Shown piece by piece: positions 27,922 through 40,500 of a stretch of DNA of 64,000 nucleotides. The translations under genes and the position numbers were made by a program. Origin of the DNA: Antedon mediterranea (taxonomy: Eukaryota > Animalia > Echinodermata); contig NC_092672.1 in assembly GCF_964355755.1 (NCBI RefSeq), forward strand, positions 37,268,437 through 37,332,436, written 5' to 3'. Each line of letters starts with the position of its first letter. The stretch's first letter is position 1. A model generated the notes under the pieces. That model did no database searches and was not told where the DNA came from. It was given only the letters and a program-made list of their open reading frames with translations.

Positions 27922-30900
27922 ATGGATTTAAGTAAAAACATCAAGAAGAAAGCCATCTTAATTAGCAGCCTTGTGGAGTGTTTTTTATTAGGAGGACCGG
28001 CGTACGGATGGCCATCTCTTGTCTTTGTTCTTCGTGACAGGGGCTACTTCAGCGATTTATGTGTGAACAATGACCAGGCCACATACAATGGTAACAACAG
28101 TTCGTCTGATCAGAATATTGATGTAGGTTATCCGACATGCGCAGAACAGGACGCACGCCTTCAGCTTGTATTTATCATCGGAATATTTGGGCATAACTCC
28201 GGTGCACTAATATTTGGTTTTATTTACGATAAATTCGGCACCAGAATAGCACGATTAATCAGCAGGTTTGTATAGAAAATGTTTATTAAATCTACCACAA
28301 CCACCTCATGAAGTGAAACTTAAATCTCGGATAGATATTAACTCATAACCAAGAATATAATTCTGTAAGAAATATTCTTTCTTTTTTGTGTAGTACACTC
28401 ATTCTGTTAGCATGTCTGATATTTGCATTTAGCGGACCATCAACATCCAATCTCACTTTTATTGCATTACATCTTTTGGCAACTGGAAGTTCCAACCTTA
28501 TTATAACAAATACACAGGTAAAATGTAATCTTATTGTAACAAGTTTTCAGGTAAAATGTAATTTAGTAAAACATATATAATAATTCATTGTAATGATCGT
28601 TTAAACTCCTTCTGATCAAACATTGGATACATTTTGGAAAAATTTGTGAAATTTTATAAAATTATTCATAAAAACTAAGTCTAGATATACAAAACTTAAC
28701 TTGTAAAAATGAAGGCACATCAGAACGTTAATGACGAATGAATAGGTTTTCTTGACAATTACTTCATTTTCCTTGTAGGTTGGCAATATATTCGGTAACT
28801 TTCGTTCAACAGTTATCGGACTTACAACCGGCGCGTGTGGCTCGTCTGCTGTAATAATGGTTTTTATACAGGTTTGCCATTTGCGACAAAAGCACTTGTG
28901 TATATCGTATACGGCTTGAGTAGCCTACTAACTCAGTAAAAGTATGATCTAACTCTACGGTTTAAATCTTAAAAAAATCTCAATCAACATTTCAACAACG
29001 GCGGTTAAAAAGGAAGTTCTTTTTCTTCTTTTACATATAGATTGCTTATAATGCAGGGATATCAATGATGGCAAGTTTCTCCATTTTAGCTGGGATAACT
29101 GTGTTCTTTACCATTAACACAGTATTATTGCCGAAATACAAGTTTCCTTGGCCTTTACCATCCGATTTGGAAAAGAGGAAGCCAGGGAATTATGGTGGTA
29201 CTAGCAATGTAAATGAAAACGAGCTCTCTGAGTTTAATGGTAAACAGTTTTAAACATTAGTTTTTATTTCATATTATGCCTTTTGTATCTATGTTTGTAA
29301 ATATAATATTTATTGTAGTCCATTTTTTCAATGACGTCACAATATTGCGCAGTGCAGATGTTGTTATCTGAAAATTCTATTCCTTTTGATTGAATCTATC
29401 TGTAGCAGCAACACAAAACACAATCCATTTGTTTTCTTGTTAGCGTCGGGAAGTGATCCAGCCACTACTTCTAACAACAACACATTGTGGGTGGATGTTG
29501 AATACAAAACACGTTTGAGTTGTCTTTCTTCTCCGATGTTTTTGTTATTTTCGATGTGGTTCTCAATTATTCAACTCATACATCTGTTTTATTTGGGAAC
29601 TGTAAATCCCAGGTTACAGCAACTTACAGGTGACTCTACAGACACAAGTAAGCATGTATTCATAATTACAATAATAAAGAAGGCGACATGTTTTCTAAGA
29701 AAGTTAAAGATGTATTGTCCCTTGAAACACAAAAAAATGAAGGTCAAAATATTCTAAATTTTATAAGTCGAAAATTCGAGCCAGAAAAAACAAGTTTACG
29801 TAATTAACACGTAAATTAATTTGATTACATTTCGTCTGGAAAATCGTTGCGAACGAAAGTAAACAAAGATTTCAAACCACGAGTATGCATTATGCATGAT
29901 GCTAATTAGGATTGTTTACAACTCGTCACGGTTGAGGTGTTTCCACACAGATCGCGAGGAAGTTTTATGATTATGCATACAGAGTAGCCAAACAAGTGCG
30001 TTGCATTATGAGAAATGTTTTGATCGAAAACTTTGACTGGAAGTCAAAGTTATTTTTTGAACAAAAAAACGTCTGTATTTCAGTTAAATTTTTTTTTTTT
30101 TCGAATCATTTTTGGTAAAAGTTAATAACTATTATAATACTTCAAAATGACTCACTTTTTTACGATTTTTTTATATTTTTTTGGAATTATTCAAAGGGAC
30201 AATACATCTTTAACGTTAGTTTCAGAATTTCAGATGCATTTTTTCTACTGTCGTAATGTTTCTCTTGGTAATTTTCTAAAGATAAGATTTCATACTCAAT
30301 TAATGCTCTCTGTAATTATTGTTATAACTTAATAATTTAAATCTTTTCTTTTTCTAGTTTCAACATACAGTGGCATTTACACAGTTTTATATTCTACTAT
30401 CCTTGTATTTTCTTTCTTCTGTGGAATTGTTGTTGACAGAAATAAGACCAAAATGTTATCTAATGTTAACAATAATGATGTTAACAACCAAAGTATGTTA
30501 TGATTTTGTTTTTTATTCATAATGTACATGTCTAAGCTCATTTCAAAAATTCTAATTTATCTGAAAAACGTATGTTAAGCTATAATTTTACTACACGACT
30601 GGGTTAGGTAAGGAACTTTTCAATTTCGAATGTCGACCTATTGTATCGCTTTGCCGCTAAAACTGTGTCAAATCGAGTAACGAGGCACGTTCTACTGTCC
30701 ACACTGTCATGCGCATGCGTAAATGAGCGAACATAACGTATTTATTGTTTTAGGTAGTCTGAAATCGAAACCACTCTATTACTATTTTTTGTGACAGGCC
30801 ACAGAACGCGTTCTCACTTTGATGATCTTCGAGATTTTATTCCGGCATTTGTTATAACTAATCTAGTGACGGCGTCTTTCAGTGTCTGTTCCATGATACC

Positions 30901-31898
30901 AATTCTAAAACTTCAAATACTAACATTTATTTTGCAAGTAATGGGAAGGACATTTCTATATGCCATTATAGCAGCTTTTCTTGCATTAGCGTAAGTTACC
31001 AATCGGTTATATCTTTAATTAAACATATTGTTAGTGACAGTTATTTAGTACTACGTTATACATGTCTTCTGTGCAATTAAATTGCTGTTATGATATATTC
31101 CACAGGTTTGTCAGATTTCTGTGTAAATCTGTTCTGTTTTTTTTCTTGTACTTTTAGATTTCCTGCTAAATACTTTGGTTCGGTTTACGGTATCTGTGCC
31201 ATGATTGCAGCATGCATTAGCCTTTTGCAGTATCCACTATTGACAATGGTTCAAAATGTATTTGCTGACAACTTTTTATATGTAAGTGGTTTTAATACAG
31301 TGTTCCTATACACTTGTTTGCTTATAATGAATACAAAATGTGACGTCAGCGTCCCTCGAAATTCAGAATACCAGGTGTTTGGTGACCACGCAAGCGCAAC
31401 GCACAAACGTTAACATAATCTTTTTGGTTTTTGAGGTTTTTCTTTCGTACTGTATGAAGTAACAAATGTTAATGAATGTTATTCTTCATTTACGAAATGT
31501 ACTCAGCATAATGGCAACGGATACCGCTAACACTAGCGTTTTGTAATAACGAATTTCACAGTATGATTCACAAAACACATACTGTATAAATATGGAACGC
31601 CGTCATTGACTTCTTGAGCTCATTTTCAGTTCTTTTATCATCCCTAGACGCCTCTATCATTCGGCGGCGCATTCATTATTCAGCGGCGCTTTTATCATTC
31701 GATCAGAGTCAATTATCTATACCGCATAATGTTGCCGATAAAGTTTAATAAATTAATTTATAACAGTTATTATTTTAGATTGATTTATTTCTGGTATTGC
31801 TGAACGTATGCAGTCTCTCTCTACCTGTGTATGTGTATTACTTTGTGCTTAAGAAGAAAAGACCAAAAGTAGGTTCTGAGAATAAACGCATCCAATGA
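27922..31898 (+). CDS. SLC43A3: SLC43A3-like (ENBT1-type) MFS transporter, copy 1, ~511 aa; exons 27922-28265, 28394-28517, 28779-28871, 29041-29239, 29444-29647, 30358-30492, 30798-30990, 31158-31281, 31779-31898
   Basis: N-terminal ECFLLGGPAYGWPSLVFVL..YFSDLC...CAEQDARLQLVF...GFIYDKFGTRIARL matches the SLC43A3 pattern recalled from human (GWPSLVFVF, QDERFSLIF, GYIFDRFKT). Also FPAKYFGSVYG and LLQYPL. Phases consistent (1536 nt). Upstream non-coding exon donor at ~27665. Confidence 0.88.
29708..30209. mobile_element. Kolobok-like non-autonomous DNA transposon
   Basis: TTAA|AGATGTATTGTCCCTT...AAGGGACAATACATCT|TTAA: 16-bp TIR, TTAA duplication and AG...CT termini. Absent from the same intron of the other paralogs. 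Confidence 0.85.
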
Positions 31899-32621
31899 GA
31901 GATTCACCACCTAGAAGCGGAAAGAAGACGACACTATTGCATGGAAAAACGACACTATTGCATAGAAAACGACACTAATGGTATTACATGAAAAAGTGAA
32001 ACATTGTATTTGAGAATATTTTATGAACAGAAAGGGCACAAAGAAAGAGCGAAAGAACAGAAAGGGCATAAAGAAACAAAGAAAGAAAGAACAGAAAGTG
32101 CATGGACAAATTAAATAGGCCTATTAAACATATGTAAATTGTTGTCTATGTGGCAACGTGATAAATGTAATCAGTTGAATAATAATAATGACATTTAACA
32201 TTGTAAAAGTAGGCTACATCAATTGATTCTTTGCCAAAATATTGAGTTCACACTGTTCTTGTACGGTCATGTTTTATGGTTCGTTTTATAATCTAAGGTT
32301 GAGAAAATACGATAAAACCACAGTATTGGAAGTATTAAATAAAGTGTCATATGTTGCTGGGCCTGCGCAGATTGTCTTCTCATGTTCTACTGACACTCTT
32401 GTCATATTGTTTGTGATTGGATGTATTGTCCGACAGACTCCTTGTCTGATTTTTTCCAAGTTTAGTTGCATGCGTTTACTTTTTATTTAAGGTAAGATAT
32501 TTACTTGTAATAATAATGTGATGTCAATCTTACATTAAACGTAAACAAACCGAATGAAGACCAGATTTGATAATTTTCGACATATCTTTTAATTAATTAC
32601 CTAATTTCTGTTTTCTGCAGT

Positions 32622-35600
32622 ATGGATTTAAGTAAAAACAGAAAGAAAATAATCTTGATTAGCAGCCTTGCGGAGTGTTTAATATTAGGAGGACCGGCGT
32701 ACGGATGGCCATCGCTTGTCTTTGTTCTTCGGGACAGGGGCTACTTCAGCGATTTATGTGTGAACAGTGAACAGGTCACATATTATGGTAACAACAGTTC
32801 ATCTGATCTGAATATTGATTCTGGTTATCCGACATGCGCAGAACAGGACGCACGCCTTCAGCTTGTATTTATCATCGGAATATTTGGGCACAACTCCGGT
32901 GCACTGATATTTGGTTTTATTTACGATAAATTCGGCACCAGAATAGCACGATTAATCAGCAGGTTTGTATGCTGTTAATTATAATTACTATAACCATAAA
33001 TCTACCTCATTTCATTTTACTACGAGAGAATTAAATTTGAATGCAGATATCGACTCGTCACCAGGACGGGTTAGGTGTCAAGGCTCTTTCTGGTTTTTTT
33101 TTTGTATGTCAAGAAGTTTGTATTTAATTTAATAAACGTTATGTAGTATCAAAGCAAATTTAACTGAATTTGTATAAAATTACAATGTAGATGCTAAAAT
33201 CATTTTTATAATTGGAGATTTGTAAACATAATAATGAGGTCACATGACGGTAGTGTCTTTAATATTTCCATAAATATTGTATTATTTCTTTTTCTGTGTA
33301 GTACACTCATTCTGTTAGCATGTTTGATATTTGCATTTAGCGGACCATCAACATCCAATCTCACTTTTATTGCATTACATCTTTTGGCAACTGGAAGTTC
33401 CAACCTCCTTGTAACAAGTTCTCAGGTAAAATGTAATTCAGTGCATAAACATGACATATATTTATACATTTAATTTTCATAAAATTCATCGATCATTTAA
33501 ACTCATTATATGATATCATATTGGCAACGAACATATTATTAATGCAATTTATAATCGTTCATATAACTACAGATCGGAATGTAAAGGACAAAGGCAACAT
33601 GTATGAACTGTTTAGAAAAAAAATATAATGCCAAAATACTATAAACTACGAACAACTACGTGTCAACGAAACATTCACCAATCGGCGAGGTGGCCCTGCT
33701 ATTACAAGCGGCACTTGTCCAGTCTGCCACGCTTTGAAATGCTACAAACACAAAACCTTGCTTGACCTTTAACCTTTAAGTAAATTACCCTTTTCTATGT
33801 ACTTGTATGAAACGACAACACTTAACCAACTATTGTAACAGTATTCAACGTTCTTCATTTACTGTACGTAATTTACTTACCCTGACACCGCCGGCTAACA
33901 CGTAACGTTAATAACGAATATCACAATATCTATAACACGCACACTGAACACTACTCTCCAAGAACACTAAAAATAGAGAGCAACTTTGGAACATGTCAAA
34001 AAGATACAATGATAGAATATCTCCGTCTTTATCCATAGATAATTGTTACGGTGTTTAGTTGACTAATTAAAAATTGAATATTTAAAACCAAGCTGGTAGA
34101 AAATCAGTGCACGTGACTTGTGACATATCGTGTATAGGGCGCCATATTTGTCTTACAAAATTCCTGGTTTTCGTAACAACTACTTCATTTTTTCTATAGG
34201 TTGGAAACATATTTGGTAACTTTCGTTCAACTGTTATTGGACTTACATCCGGCGCTTGTGCATCATCTGCCATAATAATGGTTTTTATACAGGTTCGTGT
34301 TCAAATATGGCTTAGGTATATCTAACTCCGGCTTTAAGTATATCGAACTATTCGGTTTAATATAACAAATATAACACAACAACGGCGACTAAAAGGCACA
34401 GCTATTTTTTCTTCTTTCTTTCTTATATAGATTGCTTATAATGCAGGGATATCAATGATGGCAAGTTTCTCTTTTTTAGCTGGGATAACTGTGTTCTTTA
34501 CCATTAACACAGTATTATTGCCGAAATACAAGTTTCCTTGGCCTTTACCATCCGATTTGGAAAAGAGGAAGCCAGTGAATTATGGTGGTACTAGCAATGT
34601 AAATGAAAACGAGCTCTCTGAGTTTAATGGTAAACAGTTTTAAACATTAGTTTTTATTTCATATTATGCCTTTTGTATCTATGTTTGTAAATATAATATT
34701 TATTGTAGTCCATTTTTTCACTGACGTCACAATATTGCGCAGTGCAGATGTTGTTATCTGAAATTTCTATTCCTTTTGATTGAATCTATCTGTAGCAGCA
34801 ACACAAAACACAATCCATTTGTTTTCTTGTTAGCGTCGGGAAGTGATCCAGCCACTACTTCTAACAACGACACATTATGGGTGGATGTTGAATACAAAAC
34901 ACGTTTGAGTTGTCTTTCTTCTCCGATGTTTTTATTATTGTTGATGTGGTTCTCAATTATTCAACTTATACACCTGTTTTATTTGGGAACTGTAAATCCA
35001 AGATTACAGCAACTTACAGGCGACTCTACGGACATAAGTATGTTTTTTTATGTTTGTATGTTTTAATAAATAATGTTCATAATTCAAAATAAAAAAGACG
35101 ATGACGACAAAGATGATGACAACAAAAACGATGACGAAAAAGACGATGACGAAAACGACGATGACGACAAAGACTATTGGAAGGTGATGAGAACGATATC
35201 GAAGAAGGAGAGGAAGACGATGGCTAGGAAGACAATAATTTTGACAAAGATGAAGAGAGAGATGACAGGGCGGTAAGAATAAAACGTCAACCACGACGAC
35301 GGCTGAGAAGACGCAGCGAACATATACGGTATTTAAATAGCAATTCTTTCTTACAACATTTTTTTTGTAAACTAATATAAAATCTTTTCTTTTTCTAGTT
35401 TCAACATACAGCGAGATTTTTACAGCTTTCTCACCTGCTCTTATTGTATTTGCTTTCTGCTTTGGAATTGTTGTTGATAGAAATAAGACCAAAGTTGTAC
35501 CGGTAACTAATGTTAAAGATAACGAGTCTACAAATTTCCAAAGTATGTAATTTTTGGCTTTTTTTAATTCATACTATAGAAACATATTTCAACGGTAGAA

Positions 35601-36381
35601 TGAAGCTGGGAATCTATTTTACGATGTCTCGGGTTAAAATTAACCAGAAAACATCCTTTTAATAATATTTTATAATATTACTTTTTTTATGACAGGCCTC
35701 AGTATACGTTCTCATTTTGATGATCTTCAAGATTTTATTCCGGCACTTATTATAACCAATCTAGTGACGGTGTCTTTCAGTGTCTGTTCGATGATCCCAA
35801 TTCTAAAACTTCAAATACTAACATTTATCTTAGAAATAATAGGAAGGTCATTTCTTTATGCTCTTCTAGTGGCTTTTCTTGCATTGGCGTAAGTTTGGAT
35901 TCGTGAATTAAATTATTTAATTAAATTGTTATTCATTTACAAAAACAGGTTATTACATTTATGTTGCTGATGAATTGCAGATACAATTTCTTGTTCTTAG
36001 TAGTTATTTTCTTGTACTTTTAGATTTCCTGCTAAATACTTTGGTTCGGTTTACGGTATCTGCCGCATTGTTGCTGCGTGCATTAGTCTTTTGCAGTACC
36101 CACTATTACAAATGGTTCAAAACGTATTTGCTGACAACTTTCTATATGTAAGTGCATTCATCCAATACACTTGCTTGTGAAAAGTAAATATAAAATGTGA
36201 CGTCATATCTTTTTTATATTGCTATACCATTTTCAATGATACAGGCTAATATTATTTGTTGAAAAATACTTTTTAGATTGATTTATTGCTCGTATTGCTG
36301 AACGTATGCAGTCTCTCTCTACCTGTGTATGTATATAACTTTGTGCTTACGAAAAGATCAAAAGTAGGTTCTCAGAATTAA
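32622..36381 (+). CDS. SLC43A3: SLC43A3-like transporter, copy 2
   Basis: Same nine-exon structure as copy 1; first exon MDLSKNRKK..., last exon 36277-36381 ending GSQN*. No disabling lesion seen. Confidence 0.85.
35090..35320. repeat. Low-complexity (GAC/GAT/GAA)-rich intronic tract
   Basis: GACGATGACGACAAAGATGATGAC... in intron 5 of copy 2 only. Confidence 0.7.
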
Positions 36382-36419
36382 CGCATCAAATGAGAGATTC
36401 AACTTCTCGCAGTTGAGAG

Positions 36420-36550
36420 AAAACAACACTATTGCATGGAAAAACGACACTATTGCATTCAACGACACTATTGCATTGGAAAAACGACACTATTGCATTC
36501 AACAACGACACTATTGCATTCAACAACGACACTATTGCATAGGAAAACGA
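36420..36550. repeat. ~21-bp minisatellite (AACGACACTATTGCAT) in the 3' UTR of copy 2
   Basis: About six imperfect units. The same motif is amplified at ~31930-31980, ~50531-50620 and ~54700-55110. Confidence 0.85.
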
Positions 36551-37535
36551 TACAAAACATTATGGGATATTAATACACTGAACTTACATCAAGCATGCGC
36601 AGTCACCATCTATCTACAGAGTTCATGAATGTAGTGGATCACGATTGTGTTGATTTGCCATCGTGCTTCAATCAATCTAAGAAAAATATAATAAATAAAT
36701 GACACAAAATGTTGTTTAAAATGATTATCCAACAAATTACTCCAATGAAGATTAACCTTGTGTATAACAGGCCCCATATTAAATTAGAATAGAAATCTTA
36801 TATTCCGGTAACAGAACTCTTTCAAAGTTAAAAATACATTAACACTATCTGTAGCAATTAACATATATATATTAAACATTATTATCAATAAAATTTTAGC
36901 TTGGTGGTATTGCCGTCTTCTTGTATCACTGAATTTACCTTTCACTTTTAAAACATGTTATACTTTTAAATGTTATGTTTGTATTATTAAAGATATTGTA
37001 GTCTAACGCCGATCTCACTTATATTATTATTATTATTAATATGTATTCGTCAATTACGGCCATATATCTTCAGAAGAAGACAACTACAAGAAGACAGTAA
37101 CGGTATACTTTGAATTGCTTACTCACGTCTATGCTCGTAAAAGTATATTAACTTGATATAAACATGGAACTAGTTCCATGATATAAACAAACATTACTGT
37201 TTGGAGTTAATTGAGAAGAGGAAGGTGGTATTCTTATACAGCGCGTTGTTCCTTTCTGGGCGCGCGTGCGCAGATTGTCATTTCGTATGGTTTGTGAACT
37301 GGATGTATAGTGCGGAAAACGTGTATTTCTTCTAGTTTCGTTATTTAAGTGTGCTTCTTATTTTAAGGTAAGATATTTATTAATAATGTGGTGACAATCT
37401 AACATTAGACGTAAACAAGTCTATCAACTTTAAACCAGTAAACAAAAAACTGATCTGACAAATTTGGTAAATGTTTACCCAAAAACTCATGTGATTCGTT
37501 TCTCTTGATATTTTTGTTTCTTTTTAATCTCTAGT

Positions 37536-40500
37536 ATGGAGGTAAGTGTAAACATCAAGAAGAAAATAATCTTGATAAGCACACTTGTTGATAGTTTTAT
37601 ATTAGGAGGACCGGCGTATGGATGGCCATCTCTTGTCTTTGTTCTTCGGGACAGGGGCTACTTCAGCGATTTATGTGTGAACAGTGACCAGGCCAATAGT
37701 GGTAACAACAGTTCATTTGATCAGAATATTGAATCACGTTATCCGACATGCACAGAACAAGACGCACGCCTTCAGCTTGTATTTATCATCGGAATATTTG
37801 GGCACCAATCCGGTGCACTGATATTTGGTTTTATTTACGATAAATTCGGCACCAGAATAGCAAGAATAATCAGCAGGTTTGTATAAAAACTGTTTATTAT
37901 AACTACCGAAGTCATAAATTGACCACCTCATTTCGTTAAGAAAATAAGACTTTAAATAGGCTAAACCCGTTACCAATGTCGAGTTTAATATCTAGTTAGA
38001 TGCTCTGAGCAATGAAACCGTTAAAATATCAAGAAAATATCACTGTTTCTACAGCTACATTGTTTTGTTTTTACTTTTGAATAAAAAATAGAAATTCAAT
38101 TTTTGTAAAAAACTATTTCACTGGTGACAATGATGTTTATACTGTAGATTTGAAGAGAAATAAAAAAAAAGTAATATAATATATGTAAGAAACTGTAATG
38201 TTATTTCTTTTTCTGTGTAGTACACTCATTCTGTTAGCATGTCTGATATTTGCATTTAGCGGACCATCAACATCCAATCTCACTTTTATTGCATTACATC
38301 TTTTGGCAACTGGAAGTTCCAATCTTATTGTAACAAACATACAGGTAAAATGTAATTTAGTAAAACATAGCATCCTTTTTGATAAGATTTTTTTAAATAA
38401 AAAAAAATATAGGCCTAAATGTACCTACTTTTCTATATTTTTTTATTAAAAAAACTATATTCAGCCAATAACAATAATTGTAATGTAAAGAAGGAAAGCA
38501 AATGTATGAAATGTTCCGAATGTTTTCTTGACAATTACTTCATTTTTTCTAAAGGTTGGAAATATCTTCGGTAACCGTCGTTCAACTGTTATTGGGCTTA
38601 TTTCTGGCGCGTGTGGATCGTCTGCCGTCATAATGGTTTTTATACAGGTTTGTGGTCATACTTTACTAAAGCATTTGTGTACATATCACGTATCCGCGTT
38701 AACGGACGCATTCAGCGACAGCGCCCTCAGGTTTGGCAGTTAGCGCGTATCGCGATACGCTTCACTGGTTTGTTTTGAAATTTCGTCGCCGATTCGTATA
38801 AATATCAATAGTACCCCCTGTTTGTTTCCCTGTTTTAAGACAAAGTAAATCAACAAACTCAACGTAAGTTATATTTTTAAAATATATTAAACAAGATTTA
38901 CACATACGTGTAAAATTTATAATTTATCTCAACTTTATAATGTTGGAAAAGTTTGATCATTTTATTTAGTGATAGGCCTAGATTTCGTCAATGACGAAGT
39001 CCGCAAAACTAATCTAGGTACTTAAGTATCTGCTTATATTTCTTTACACGAAGTTTTTGGTAATAAATGAAATGGTTTAAATTAAATTTGTATTAAAATA
39101 GAGACAAAATATCCTAGTAAGACTTGGGAAATAATTATTTTTTTATAATTATGTTAGAATGTTTTACTGCTATTTAATAAGCCTATAATTAGTATTTTAG
39201 GCCTAGGCATAGTATTAATCAACATAAGTAGGCCTACTATGTGCTTTGTATAGACATACCAGACCTGTACCTGTATACCAGATAAGTACATTAGAATAGA
39301 GTAATCATAATTTTTTTTTTTTTTGGCAGATTGATGGAAAACCACAAACAAATACTGTGTACACTCTGCAGAGTGTGTGGTATTAAATTAAACAAAGCCG
39401 GCTCTCGGTCAAAGAAAGTGGCAGACTATTGGGAACAGCTTAATGTTAGCAGAGATGAAGATAGTAGCGTAACTCCATCGTCATTCTGTAATCTCTGCTA
39501 CATCAAGTGTGTTGTCCAAAAACAACAAATTTCCTGCAAGGACTGGCCGCCACATAAACGAATAGGATGTAACATCTGTGAAGATAAACTACGAAAAGGT
39601 TAGTTAATACTGGTAGAGAAAATTTATTTTGTTTATATTTTTAATGTACAGCAAATACTTTTAAAGCCATTGTTAATTGTTATCACATAGGTGGAAGGCC
39701 AAAGAAAAAGAAGAGGGGATGTGGAAATGCAGAGTGTCAAAGAAAAATGACTCATACCTCATCAGTTACCAAGCATTTTGAACCAATAAACACAACACTA
39801 ACAACTATTCCCGATTCTTACAACATTATCGGTTCTCTAAGACCATTCATGTGTTGCATCTGTAATGTATTGTGTGAATGTCCTGTCGAGTTACCATGTC
39901 ATCATGTTGCTTGTAAAGCATGTGTTAATACTTGTTTTGTTGATGTCGAGTTCATGATTTGTCCTACCTGTTTAACTAATGTACACTACTTGTCTGTCAC
40001 TGCTGTACCTGATCTTTTCATTCAATGTTATATGTCTGTTGCTGTCAAATGTAAGAAATGTCAGTGTCAGTTTGAATGTCGACAGTGTAATACACATGTG
40101 TGTGTCTTAAAAGAACACACTTATGCAAAACAACCTTCCACAAGCCCTGTGCAAGCGAATGTCGAAGTTTTAGGGCACCAACTACTGTCTGCCAAAACAG
40201 CAGAAAATGGTATAGCTACCTTCAGATCAAAGGGGCAGGTACAATACATTTCTTTATTTTCTCATAATTACAATTGACCGTGTACATACTATACTGTTAA
40301 ATTTATTCATATTTTCTTTTTTGTTTTGAAGACGGTTAGGTATATGAAGATACCTGCAGTTAGAGTGTCGTCAAATACAGCATCAAAAAAAACCAAAGAC
40401 AGGAGGACACACCAGGTACAAAAGTTGATTGTTAATGTTTTATAAGGGAACTTCTGAATCAATCGTCAATTTCAACAACTGATACCTTTGCTTTCACAGA

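Noticed and set aside
35004-35492. 162-aa hydrophobic minus-strand ORF and the acidic plus-strand ORF 35073-35276
   Set aside because: Both are by-products of a low-complexity GAC/GAT tract in an intron.
38677-38690. A defined TSD for the Chapaev element
   Set aside because: The left flank ...ACATAT and right flank ATGTAC... fit 2-, 4- or 5-bp duplications only if a small deletion at the right tip is assumed. This cannot be fixed from one copy.
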